The notes beneath the pieces were generated by a model, which was not told the origin of the DNA, did not search any database, and saw only the letters and a list, made by a program, of their open reading frames with translations. A stretch of 63,219 nucleotides of DNA, the filler included, from Octopus bimaculoides (lineage: Eukaryota), in the NCBI RefSeq assembly GCF_001194135.2. It is 6 parts of 5 records of this genome, joined end to end, with 100 filler letters (N's around TTAATTAATTAA, not from the genome) between each part and the next. Parts side by side here need not be neighbours in the genome. Positions count along the whole stretch, not along the records: positions 12,363 to 27,721 come from NC_068981.1; 5 more parts are not named here. One strand, given 5' to 3'. The position numbers were made by a program, and so were the translations under genes. This document shows, one piece after another, positions 13,165 through 25,698 of this stretch; positions within the stretch are counted from its first letter, which is position 1, and each line of letters opens with the position of its first letter.

Positions 13165-13976
13165 AATTGAAGGAATAGAGCAGGTAAAATCCAGACTACA
13201 TATGTTTTCTAGCTAACTGAACCTTGGAATTAACGATTACTCTACGAAGAATACTCCATTAGATACTGATTAGGTCGAACATACCTTAGTTAAAAGAAGA
13301 TTACATTGTCGTCAAGGGATCCCAAGTTAACTCGCAGGAGATATAATTTAATATGTAATTTAAAAGTTAACTTGGGATCCTTTACCGACATTCTAACCGT
13401 CATTTAGTTAATATATCTTCGGCCTGAGCAGTAGCTAATGGAACACTTCTCATTGAGTGATAATTATTTCAGAGTATCTGCTAGGTAGGACACATATGTA
13501 GACTGGATTTTACCTACTCTTTTCCCTCAATTAGGATTTTTATTCGCATTCATATAAACATTATATGCTAACCATGAACTATAACAAAAACTCTTTTCAG
13601 CTTATCGAACTTTGATATTGGAAATACTACAACGGTCTTCACCAATAAACTATTAGTGTTCTTGATAGTTGATTTTATTATATATATATATATATATATG
13701 GTAAAATAAGAATTCAGATAGAGTCGGGTACTTGAAAAGATATGCACCAGGTAGTGTTGGATAAACCCGTTTCTTGCCAATGGGTGATAAGTGTCAAATA
13801 CGATTTTCAGGTTGTGTACACAGAAAATACCAAACCTATGAGTATTTAGTGCCTAGGGGCTCGTCCAAAGCGCGCGTTACGTTGAATTGTACGTTGTTAG
13901 TATACCCTAGGGTGTCCGACAAGTCGTAAATCCTCTTCGTGTGTTATAATCAAATAAATAACAGGCAATGGATAGT

Positions 13977-14370
13977 GCAGGCGTGGCTGTATGGTAAGAA
14001 GCTTGCTTTCCAACCACATGATTCTGGGATCAGTTCCACTGCGTGCCTACTTAGGTAAGTGTCTTCTACAATAGCTTCCGGCCGACCAAAGCCTTGTGAG
14101 TGGATTTGGTACACGGAAACTGAAAGAAGCCCGTCCTATATATATGAATATGGTTATGTGTCTGTGTTTGTCCCACCCACCATTGATAGACAACAGATGT
14201 TGGTTTGCTTACGTCCCCGTAAATAAGCGGTTCGGCAAAATACACGATAGAATGAGTTCTAGGCTTACAAAGAATAATTCGTGGGGTCTATTTGTTCGAC
14301 TAAAGGTGATGCACCAGCGTGGTTACAGTCAAATGACTTGCATAAGTAAAAAAATGAAAGAATAAAAGAA
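13977..14370 (+). mobile_element. tRNA-derived SINE, family A
   Basis: A/B-box-like head (TGGCTGTATGGTAAG...GGATCAGTTCC), internal TA/TG tract, CAGTC-AAAT-GACT tail hairpin, A-rich end. Several copies in the window. Confidence 0.85.
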
Positions 14371-14839
14371 TAATTGTCTTATACATTTTTCAATAGAAGA
14401 ATGAGAACATTACACTATTACAAAAAACCACAATCATCAGATGAAACAATTTTACAAACAAAAGAATATCCCAAGAATACAGCAAATACGTGGCAAAGTC
14501 TGTCGAGGCTAACCACGAAATGGTAGAATGACCAACAAAATTGGACGTTGTGGGCATTAGGGGTCGGGGTTAGGTTAAGAATATAGTTTGTAAAATGGTG
14601 TAATATGATATTTAAGGTCAACGGATGAGATAGGAGTTTGGTTCTTTGATAGGCTGTGAGATTTTGTTATACTAGTCTTATAAAAGTCGGTAGCTCGGAG
14701 AGGACCGAAAATGATGTAAGGAAAAAGAATTAAAAAATAAAAAGTAAAAAGTGAAGAAATATAAATGCATAAATAAAGTCAATTAGGCACAGGGTCGAAG
14801 TTTAGGGTTCACTAACTAAGACTAAGGAACAAAGGGAGG

Positions 14840-15420
14840 CGAAAGCAGCATCCAAACACTCTAATTGTTGGCAATAAGTGTGAGCATTAGTCTTATTAGT
14901 TGGTAGTAGCTCAAAGTGGATGACTCCAATGTAATCGAGCCAAACAAAAAGAAAAACCGTTTTTGCATGGTGGTCCTTTTTTGGATTGTAGTTTAACCAG
15001 TTTTCGACAACTAAGCCATTGCTTGCGTTGCTTAACATTTTCATTAAAATCCATTTTTCATCACCTGTCACTAATTTGTCCAAAAATAGCTAGAAACATT
15101 CACGAGAGTGAGGAAATGAGCAGATTGCCAATCGTGATTTTCGGTTGGCTTCTATCAAATCATGAGGAACCCATTTTTCGAGTTTGGGCACGTTTTCAAG
15201 CTTCTGAGGTGGTAGTGAACAGTTGAATAGCTTGAATTGAACTTGTTTTCAGATTCTTCAACTGACATAAAATTATCCTTCTCAAGATCTGACAAAAGAA
15301 GCTCATCATCAAATTCAACAGGGCGACTTAATTGTGGCCTCTCTCTTAGGCTAAAATCACCAAATTTGAACGTTGCAAACCATCTTCTGCAGTTTCTATC
15401 GTTAAATCACGTTTCCCCAT
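14840..15420 (-). mobile_element. Degenerate mariner transposase fragment
   Basis: CRRWFATFKFGDFSL...KWVPHDL...DKLVTGDEKWI...VWLDYIGVIHFELL (WVPHEL and TGDEKW motifs). Confidence 0.9.
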
Positions 15421-15469
15421 AAAGTAGATGGACATTTCTAGTTGCTTCTGTTTGTATTTGTGCATGTGT

Positions 15470-15615
15470 GTGGGCTCATGGCTTTGTGGTTAGGGTGTTG
15501 AACCCACGATCTCGTGATCGTGATTTCAATTCTTATACTGAATGGTGAGCTGTGTTCTTAAGCAAAACACTTCATCTCACGTTGCTCTGTGATCACTTCG
15601 ACACCTGACGCCTAT
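15470..15615 (+). mobile_element. tRNA-derived SINE fragment, family C
   Basis: Head GGCTTTGTGGTTAGGG...; GTGTTCTTAAGCAAAACACTTCATCTCACGTTGCTC matches the 56670-57033 copy. Confidence 0.6.
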
Positions 15616-15689
15616 TCAGGCAACGATGATTTGATGGAGAGAGTGAGTTAATGTTGACGTAAACATTTGATCAGTATAAACTAATCATT

Positions 15690-15771
<82 letters not shown>

Positions 15772-16439
15772 CAGGGTAGCCATAGACTCACACACCATGC
15801 TGCAATATGTGAAATTGCTAACATTCTCTTCTTTATCTCTTTTAATAACTGCCGATATTACTCATAAACCAATCATCATTAGATGGAGGCGGATAATCAA
15901 CAAGGTGGGTGAAGGTAATGGTGTGGTGTAGGATCTGGACCATTTTATTTTGAGGGCGCTGTGACAGGTGATGCGTATCTGGACATGCTTCGTAACAAGA
16001 TGATGCCTCATGTGCATTCACTTGGAAGGCTAAATCCTGACCGATTTCAGGATGATGGGTCCTGCCCCATTATACATTACAGGTTCGGGATTTTCTGAAT
16101 GAACATTTTCCATGGAGATGTCTCGGACGTCGTGGGCCAATTGAATCACCAGGTTTAACTCCCATGGACTTTTTCTTCTGGGGCTACATTAAATTCCTTG
16201 TGTATTCTGAAAAGATTCCTGACCAAGGACAACTTCTTCAAAGTATTGTTGATGCGTATGAACAAATCAATGTCAATGAAGAACTATTTGAGAGGGTTCA
16301 TCGCAATTTCAAATTCCGTATGAACACTTGTTTAGAGCTACATGGCCAACACTTTGAAGATTTGTAATGGATTACCTACTTCATTGCTAATAAAGCATAC
16401 TTGATATCTCCCTTGGTGCGTGACTTTGTGGCCACCCTG
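15772..16439 (+). mobile_element. Internally deleted Tc1/mariner element (DDxD, rosa/DD41D-like) with both TIRs and TA TSD
   Basis: 5' ta|CAGGGTAGCCATAGACTCACACACC vs 3' revcomp ta|CAGGGTGGCCACAAAGTCACGCACC. Internal LTPMDFFFWGYIKFLVY...GQHFEDL*. Subgroup call comes from motif memory. Confidence 0.85.
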
Positions 16440-17499
16440 TATACACACACACACACACACACACACATACACAAGTATGCATGTACTTGTATATATATGT
16501 ATGTGTGTGTCAGCACAAAGATAGCTTCATTGTATCTGTGTACAAGAAGAAATATAACTTTTGCACTTAAGAGATGAGGATAATCTACATATTTTCCTCA
16601 TATTTGTCTGTTCTTGCATTGCACTTATGACACTACTAACCTATATACATATATGTGCGTGTGCGCACGTGTGTATGTATCTGCGCATGCGCGTACATAC
16701 ATATGCAAACATCCTCCCACACATATAGTTCTTAAGGATCTTACTTAATGCGAAGTCTGCAGAGACACATAATACTATCGCTATAATATAAATACATTTC
16801 CTATTTATAATCATGAGAATTGTTTTACTCCTAATTTAGTCCAGGGACGATTTTCACTTCAAAAGAAGGAAATTGTCAATATTTAGATTCATTGCTTTCC
16901 TACAAGGTTGCTTATTGCCACAGAATGGACGTTGTATGGAATCTTTTCCTTTGATTTAGCGAAATTTATTTTCTGGTTTCGTTTACTTTTTGGTTTAGAT
17001 ATTTTTGCCTTTTGGCCAGTGAGTAATTAGCTTAGATATACGAAGTCAGTTTTCTCTATGTATTTACAAGAAGTACAACACAACTTACCTTACTGCCAGA
17101 AATGAGCCTAATCTGCATCGTTTTTCTTCCTGTTTTTCTATTCAGAGTTTTTATGATATAAAATTCTTTTGGTTGCTTTCTTCCATATTCTGTCTTTTCC
17201 ATATTTCTTTGTTGCGAGATTATTTGTCTCATTCCCTCTCAACTATACTCCAAATATTTCTTCCCTCAGTTCAAGTATGCGCCTATGCACATACTCGTAT
17301 ACATATACATATACACGCATACACGCATACATACGCTCACTCAGTCACGCTCACACACACGCACGCACGCACGCACACACTCATGCACACACGCACACAC
17401 TCAGATATGTATATGTATATACAAACTCGCACACAAATATGGAAAGATTGTAACTGGAATTTAATACGGTTTCATGTGCGAATATTTCAGCCTCTATAT

Positions 17500-18020
17500 T
17501 TCAGTTCTTTTATTGCATGCTCCATGTCAGAAACCAAAGCGGTTGCTGAGGTCTTTAGCCTACATAATGTCCAACTTTGGATCAAAATGTGTTAACGATA
17601 AGTCTGATGTTAAAATGCTTTTTAACTCGTGGAACGCCTTCTGGCACTTATTAGTCCAAAACCATTTTGTATTTTTTTTAACACATTATTGAGCAAAGCC
17701 CTGACATTATGAATATTGGGAATGTAAATTTGATAATAATTTACTAAACTCAAGAACGCTTGGAGAATAGTCACATTATTCAGCGTGGGCATATTTATTA
17801 TAGCAATTGCTCTGGATGGATACGGTTCCTGTCCGGTTTATCTATTACTTGGCCCAAGTATTTAATTTTTTCATAACAAACTCGCATTTTTCTTCCGTTA
17901 ACTTGAAACCGTATTATCTTATCTTCCCTCATACCTTTTTAACGTGTTCTACATGTTGCTCATGTGATTCACTTTTTATTAGAATATCGTCTAAATAGGT
18001 GATAGCAAAATCAGTCATCA
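17500..18020 (-). mobile_element. Ty3/Gypsy LTR retrotransposon RT/RNase H fragment
   Basis: DFAITYLDDILIKSESHEQH (YLDD at 17986-17997)...KIKYLGQVI...LQAFLSLVNYYQIYIPN...KWFWTNKCQKAFHELKSILTSDLSLTHFDPKLDI, with stops and frameshifts. Confidence 0.85.
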
Positions 18021-18560
18021 CATTTACAATGACAGAGAAAGTTGAGTTCAGAATCTGTATGAAATTTTGTCAATATCTTGGCGATAATTGCTCTGAAGCC
18101 TACGGAAAGTTTTTAAAAAGTTCTCATCGTCCTCGGCACTATCGAGGAGATCTTGTGCAACTGAAACCCGAATGTCCTTTTCGTCAGCTGCAAGCAGTTA
18201 CGGCACAAACTTGGAAGACACGCATCTCATACCTAAATCTTCAGTGACAATGGACTGACCGGAACTGTACCTAATTTGTATATCTTCGGATAACTCACGG
18301 ATGGTGATACGACGATTTTCCCTCACAGCTGCTCGCACATGTGCAATTTTTTCTAAGTTTTGCTGGTTGCAACTCTCCCAGAACGTTCCTCAATAGCGAC
18401 ATTTTTGCGGCCATATTGGAAACGCCTGAGGCACTCATACACTTTCTTACGGCTCATACACTTCTGTGCATCTCATACACCACTCTCCATAAACTTTCTG
18501 CAACTTTGTATAGGCCTCTGAGCAGGTATCACCTTGACAACTTTCTCTGACATGGCCAAT
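18021..18560. mobile_element. Two opposed 5' mariner transposase fragments
   Basis: + strand 18021-18113 reads MTEKVEFRICMKFCQYLGDNCSEAYGK. - strand 18114-18560 reads GDTCSEAYTKLQKVYGE...RENRRITIRELSED...RCVSSKFVP*LL...DDENFLK. Confidence 0.85.
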
Positions 18561-19104
18561 GCAACGATCACACGCTACACATCTTCCTTCCAAGCACTGC
18601 TGTAAACAGCGGAAGTGAGTTAGAATATTAAAGCTTATGCACATGCACAGCAGAATTCAGGATCAATCTTTGGCAAGTGGCTTCAATCCTCGTGCTTTAG
18701 CTTCGCTACAATGGCAACAGTTCGGACATTTAATTATTACGCTTCCTATGTATGCTTATATATATANNNNNNNNNNNNNNNNNNNNNNNNNNNNNNNNNN
18801 NNNNNNNNNNNNNNNNNNNNNNNNNNNNNNNNNNNNNNNNNNNNNNNNNNNNNNNNNNNNNNNNNNNNNNNNNNNNNNNNNNNNNNNNNNNNNNNNNNNN
18901 NNNNNNNNNNNNNNNNNNNNNNNNNNNNNNNNNNNNNNNNNNNNNNNNNNNNNNNNNNNNNNNNNNNNNNNNNNNNNNNNNNNNNNNNNNNNNNNNNNNN
19001 NNNNNNNNNNNNNNNNNNNNNNNNNNNNNNNNNNNNNNNNNNNNNNNNNNNNNNNNNNNNNNNNNNNNNNNNNNNNNNNNNNNNNNNNNNNNNNACATAC
19101 ATAA

Positions 19105-19437
19105 TCTTTTATTCTTACATTTGTTTCAGTCATTTGACTGTGACCATACTGGAGCACCGCATTTAGTCAAACAAATCGACCCCAGAACATATCTTTTGTA
19201 AGCCTAGTACTTATTCTATAAACACACCAACATCAAGCGATGTGGGGGTGGACAAACACAAACACACAAACATAGACATGCACACACACACACATACGAC
19301 AGGCTTCTTTCAATTTCCGTCTACCAAATCCACCTCACAAGTCCTTGGTCGACCGGACGCTATACTAGAAAACACTTGCCCAAGGTGCCACGGAGTGGGA
19401 CTGAACCCGGAACCATGTGGTTTGTACGCAAGCTACT
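19105..19437 (-). mobile_element. SINE family A
   Basis: Reverse complement of the 13977/22166 family, including the tail hairpin (cagtcatttgactg). Confidence 0.85.
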
Positions 19438-20395
19438 GTGTTGCTGTCGAGCGTATTCAGGCTTGTGTTAAGAGACTTTCATAGATTTGGGATGTCTTTT
19501 GCTCTTTATGATAGTGTGCGTTTGGAGGATTAAATTAATTCTGTGGACCTGCTGTAATATAATACTGTAGATTTCGGATAATATACCTACTCTATTTGAC
19601 AGATATATGCTCGTGGATGTTGAGTTGTAGGGCACGTTGACATATAACATATAACAGTTAGTGATGGTGGGTAGTTCCTGGTGATGTGTGTATCCTTTAG
19701 GTCATGTAGTCGTGTGTCCCTGGTGCTTGTATTAGAAACTATAGTACAAATCCTTTTTGTTAGGTTGAAACGGATATTCATTCTAATGTGTCTGGGGTGG
19801 AAGGAGTTGAACGGTAGATATTGCTTGGAGTCCATGGGCTTATAGTATATATCTGTTTCTATTTCCTTGTTAGATTTCTTAATGAGGACGTCGAGGAAAG
19901 AATTTGTTGATGGCTATATTCCATCGTGAATTGAATATTTGCGTCAAGTCCATTTATAAGTGCTTGAAATTCTTTAAGTCTCGTTATACTTCCATGCAAA
20001 AGAATGAAACAGTCATCCAGGGAACTCTTTCAGTTATTTTCTCTGTAAAGGGAGAATGGGTTGCCGTATTTTTCTAGTACCTTACGATAAAGACTGATTT
20101 CTAGATATCCCATGACAAGGTTAGCAAAGGAGGGGGCCATTCTCGTATCCATTGCAGTTTCCGATTTTTGTCGATAAAAGTTGTATTTGAAGACAAAGTA
20201 ATTTTTCTCCAAGATGAATTTTAGCCCTTCTATTACGCATTCTTTTTTGATGCGATGTGGGAGTTCATTGGCATAATTCTCTATTCAGAACTGAATTGCC
20301 TCTATTCTTAGGCTGTAGGGAATAGTGGTTAACTACATCAAAGGATACTAGTAGAAGTGATTGAGCATTTCTAGGTCGTCCCTTATGTAGCTTTT
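19438..20395 (-). mobile_element. Penelope-like (Neptune-type) RT fragment, same family as 10730-12228
   Basis: SYIRDDLEMLNHF..LVSFDVV...FILEKNYFVFKYNFYRQKSETAMDTRMAPSFANLVMGYLE...FLDVLIKK...ETDIYYKPMDSKQYLPF; alignable at DNA level to 11650-12200. Confidence 0.9.
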
Positions 20396-20511
20396 GATAT
20401 ATATACGCGCGTGAGTCGTGTAAAAGTCCATAACTCAGGGAAAATTTGCACTCTGATATGTCAAATAGAGTGGGTATATTAATCGAAATCTACAGTGTTA
20501 TATATCCATTA

Positions 20512-20605
20512 CAGCTGATCTTACCAATCGGTTTCGCGCGAGGAATACAATGGAATGTTAGGAAGCAATCTGATTATCCAACCTTATACTCATCAGAGTT
20601 AGCCG
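20512..20605 (-). ncRNA. Type I hammerhead ribozyme with enlarged helix II
   Basis: Minus strand: cggctaact-CTGATGA-[54 nt, gtataagg...cctcgcgc]-GAAA-CC-GATT-GGTA-agatcagctg. Intact core, 3-bp helix III, GUA triplet, helix I with internal loop. Confidence 0.6.
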
Positions 20606-21142
20606 ATATGGGAGGGAATATGGCGACTACTGTCTACTGTTGGAGGTGAATTGACACATCCGATTTGCAGTTGTAGCGAAAGAGATGGTGAAACGAAAAA
20701 GGGTAGGGGATTAGGTTAGGAGTTATGTTCCTTCGTTGGATTCGCTGTAAAGCCGGTAAGACTTATCGTAAAGTGTTTGTGGGAAATATGTACGGTATTA
20801 AGTGTGGTGCTTCTGTGGGAATGGGGTATGTGATATGTGTAGTGGTGTCATATGTATAAATTTCTCCCGGAGTGTACGTATATATAATTGTGTTTGCTAG
20901 TATGTTTTCTTTCCCTATTCGTTAAAGTCGTAGGAGTTTATGTTAGTGTACGGTATGTAATGTGTGGGGTGTACAATATGTGCGAAGCGATGTATGTTGG
21001 GGGAGATATTTGGTGGGTGTCCGCCTTGTTGGGGCGTGCGTGTGTGTCAGCCTTTCTTCAACAAAAGAGATCTTTGATGCTGCCGCCCCGTGCAACAACC
21101 AGAATCTGTTTGCCAGCGGTTTCCCAGGATAGTACTAGTTAC

Positions 21143-21842
21143 ATGCCAGACCCTAGCCCTCCCAAGAGAAAGTGGAACCGAGAAGTTTTGTGGTTCACGC
21201 CGCCCTTCTCTGTAAATGTGAAGTCCACGGTAGGTAAGACCTTCCTTAGATTAGTTGATAAACACTTCCCCCGTACAAATAGATTCAACAAAATATGTAA
21301 TAGACATATCCTCAGAATATCCTTTAGCTGTGCACCTAGTGTAAAACAAATTTTAGTAGATAAGCTTACACCCGAAGCAGAAGCAGGATGCTCATGCAAT
21401 GGTAACGCAATATGTCTGCTGAACGGCAATTGTAGCACGGAGATAGTTGTATACGAAGCAGTGATAATAGCCATAGGATCCAATGGGCAATCGAGCTTGC
21501 GGAAGTATGTGGGGTTAAAGGAAAGCCCTTTCAGAACCCGCATTGAAAACCACAAGTCCTCCTTCTACATCCCGGTGAAATGCAACACCACAACCCTGGC
21601 CAAGCATGTCTGGTCTTTGAAAAAAAAAACGTCACAGAGTACATCATAAAGTGGAAGATCCTGGAGAAATATACACCGTACTTCAACAGCAGCAGGAAGT
21701 GCAGGTTGTGGCTGACTGAGAAGAGATCGTTTTAATGTGTATCCAGCGCCAAGATATTTACCTGAATAGCAAGAGTGGAATGTTCAATCCTTGCCCGCAT
21801 GAAAAGAAGTACATTCTATCGTACCTGCGCGCCCCACTATGA
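21143..21842 (+). pseudogene. PLE linker plus GIY-YIG endonuclease, frameshifted
   Basis: REVLWFTPPFSVNVKSTVGKTFLRLVDKHFP...CSCNGNAICLLNGNC..EIVVYEA...KYVGLKESPFRTRIENHKSSF...LAKHVWSLK; frameshift in the A-run at ~21620, then IKWKILEKY...KCRL...LNSK...CPHEKKY. Confidence 0.9.
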
Positions 21843-22165
21843 CTACAACCACAAGTCCCCGGCCTTGGCCTTCCTCCAATATATTGGAGACCAACAAAGA
21901 GTTTGATCAGGGCATACAGAAATGCACCCATTTGCACACACGCACGCCCCAACATGGCTGACACCCACCAAAGAGACTGCCCCCAATATACACCCCTTCA
22001 CACACATTGTACTCCCACACATATATAGACCCCCCCACACACACACACACATTACACATCACTCGCTAACATAAACCCCATACGACCTTAACTAATACAG
22101 AAAGAAAACAGACTAACGAACACAATTATATATACCTACACCGCTGGAAAAAATTATACATATAC

Positions 22166-22327
22166 AAGCAACAATGGCTGTGTGGTAAGAAGCTTCCTCC
22201 CCAACAACATGATTCCGGGTTCAGTCCCACTTCGTGGCACCTTCGACAAATGTCTTCTACTATAGCCTCGAACCGATCAAAGCCTTGTGAGTAGATTTGG
22301 TAGACGGAAACTGAAGGAAGCCCGTTG

Positions 22328-22362
<35 letters not shown>

Positions 22363-22578
22363 GTATGTGTGTGTTTGTGTGTCTGTGCTTGTCCCCCTAC
22401 CATCGCTTGGCAACTGATGTTGGTATGTCTACGTCGCTGTAACTTAGCGATTCTGCAAAAGAGTCCGATGGAATAAGTAATAGGCTTACAAAGAATAAGT
22501 CCTGGGGTCGATGTGAGACTAAAGGTGGTACTCCAACATGGACGCAGTCAAATGTCTAAAACAAGTAAAAATAAAGAT
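22166..22578 (+). mobile_element. SINE family A inserted into the PLE pLTR
   Basis: Full head, microsatellite and tail structure; absent from the inverted partner arm at ~20850. Confidence 0.9.
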
Positions 22579-22794
22579 ATGACACCCCTACATATATTGC
22601 ATACCCTATCCCCACAGGAGCGCCACACTTAGTAATGCACACATTTCCCACAAACACTTCAAGAAAACTCTTACTGCCTTTACAACTTAATCCCCTACCC
22701 TTTTCTGTTTCACCACTATTTACACAGCAACCGCACACCGGATCTATCAATTCACCTCCGACAATAGAGAACAGTCGCCATATTCCCTTCCATA

Positions 22795-22889
22795 CCGTCT
22801 AACAATGATTAGTGTAAGGTTATATAATCGGATTGTTACCTAACACTCCATTGTATTCCTCGTGCGAAACCGATTGGTAAGATCAGCCG
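22795..22889 (+). ncRNA. Decayed copy of the enlarged-helix-II HHR
   Basis: Homologous to 20512-20605. The core is broken (ATGATTA for CTGATGA) but GAAACCGATTGGTA-AGATCAGCCG is intact. Confidence 0.45.
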
Positions 22890-24139
22890 TGAAGGATATA
22901 TACAGTACATTTCGGATTATATGTAGTGTACATTTGCTTGTATGCATGTATGCATGTATGTATGAATATAACAACAGTGTTTAATTTCACACATGCATAA
23001 AGAGAAGCCACTTGGACAAAAGTACATGTTATACGGGGAGAAAGAATGCATGCGCGAAAGAAAGACGTGGAAATAAGGAAGAAAGAAAAGCGAGGCAGAA
23101 TCCAATATAATTTTATAAAGATCAAATACATATATCCATATATCCATATATCCATACCCACTTCTATTTCGATCGATCTCAATAAATGATCACATGGTCA
23201 TAAACGTGTTATTGAACGTTATTACATAATAATAACGGCGTGCGGGATCTAAACGGTGCAGATATTTTCCGGCGAATAAATATGGTGAGAATATATTCCG
23301 GGCGAATGTATTGGTAATTTGCAGTTATGTACAAGATGGTGGTTACAAGATTGTGTTCTGCGCTACACTAAACGTTTACAATGTGGAATTCTGTCAAATC
23401 GCAACCATTTACAGTGTCCATTAGTGATACAAAGCTCCTGATAACGGAACGTCGAGTTTACTATGTTTAATAGATTCTATTATTAAAGGCAAAAAGGCTA
23501 TACGTATAATGAAGTCTTTTCTTATGGACTTTCATCCATTTGTTCACTTCCTTCCTTTCTGAAGCCCTTTACTTCCTTATCTACATGTTCTCAATCTCTC
23601 TGTCTACTCAATTCATTTATTATATCAAGCACACACTTTACACTTCCGCCGATCTCACTTCCTTTTTTTCCTTCCTACTCCTACCACCACTTTTCCTTGC
23701 TAATCACTCCTGTTACATACCCTACTCTATCCACCCCTCTTCTATAAATTTATGGATTCTCCTCATTACTGTTTTCTTCCTTGTCTATTTATCCATCCAT
23801 TCTCTCGTCACTCCTTCCCGGCATCTTTCATGATAGTTTTATTTCTTATATTTTATATTTATCTCATCTCTTACTCTCCCTCTACATATTTATCTATCAA
23901 GCGGTCTTCACGTATTTTTCTATTCAGCTCGATATAATGCTATATGATATATTATAACACAATAACAATAGTAATGATAATGATGATGATGGTGAAGCTG
24001 ATGATCATCATGATCATGATCATGATCATGATCATGATAGTCTGCATTCAAACACGTACTCGCAAACACGCACATACCTGTATGCGTGTGTATGTATGCA
24101 TGTGTGCATGCATGTATGTGTGTGTGTTTGTAGGTGTGT

Positions 24140-24208
<69 letters not shown>

Positions 24209-24219
24209 TATATATATAT

Positions 24220-24251
<32 letters not shown>

Positions 24252-24925
24252 TTACATATATATACGTATATTTACATATGTATATAAATACACATACACA
24301 CACGTGAATATATATATACGCATAAGTATACACACATATATATATATATGTATGTCTATATATATATGTGTATATCTTTATCTATATATCTATTTATCTA
24401 TCTATCTATCTATCTATGTATATATATATATATGAATAGATATACGTAGATAGATAGAACGATCGATAAATAGATAGATAGATGCATGTACTTATATGGA
24501 TTTAGGAATCTATCTGTAGGTAACTCCCTTGTGTTAGGAGTTAGGTTACTCCCTATATTTTCTCCCTCTGTTCTCTTCTTTCTTTACTTTCGCTTATATT
24601 TTCTTAATTTTTCTCCTCCCCAATCTTCCTCATACGCGAGCAATGTGTACACATACATACACACATATTGAAACAAACTTTAATTATTTCTGTCTACATT
24701 TAAACAACATTCTCATTTAATAACCATTGTATTATGTCCTACTTTCACACAATCACACATACACGCACACACAAACTGGTATTTCTCTTCTTTAGTTTTT
24801 TTTTTTTCTTTAAAACCTTCAGCCCTGCTCCTCGACACCGGCTCTCTTTCTCGCTCACTCCCTGCCACTAAATATATCTATCTATCTATATCTACCTATT
24901 CATCGTTCTGTCTCTCTCCCTGCTT

Positions 24926-24983
<58 letters not shown>

Positions 24984-25515
24984 TCTCTCTCTCTCTCCCT
25001 CTCTCTCTCTCTCTTTCCCTCTCTCGCAAGTAGCCTTAATTATTCATTCATGTTACCTGCCGATCTAATACTTCTCTCCGCACCTAACTTACATCACTCG
25101 CACTGTAATCGCCATATAAACGCATACAGGTACACAGACACACACACACACACACACAGACACACTCACACACTCATATACACTCACATATACACACACA
25201 CACATGCACACAGAGACACACTCACACACTCATATACACTCACATATACATACACACACACGCACTAACGCATACAGATGCAGTTGCCCCCTCCTGCATA
25301 CACATACTCACAAAGAATAGATGCAGAGGCCTTGCCGCTGCATCTTTTCTGCATTGCAATCATTATCCCGGTCATTATTTGGCCAACACCAATTCTTTCT
25401 TTTCATATATTCTGGTTTATTATACTCAGCAACTCTTCCATTTTCCCACTCTCCCACTTTTCTTTCTCTTTCGTTCCACTTCTCATCTATCAATCTCTCT
25501 CACTCTCCCTCTCTC

Positions 25516-25559
<44 letters not shown>

Positions 25560-25648
25560 ACACACAGACGCACACACGGACACACTATATGTATTTATAT
25601 GCATGTATGCATACAACAAAAAACACACACAGATTGCATACATATACA

Positions 25649-25698
<50 letters not shown>

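Larger units (their letters stand above)
20481..22918 (+). mobile_element. 5'-truncated Penelope-like element with inverted pseudo-LTRs
   Basis: 20481-21048 is a diverged reverse complement of 21934-22918 (the latter interrupted by a SINE). The arms flank a GIY-YIG region and each carries an HHR motif. Confidence 0.8.
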
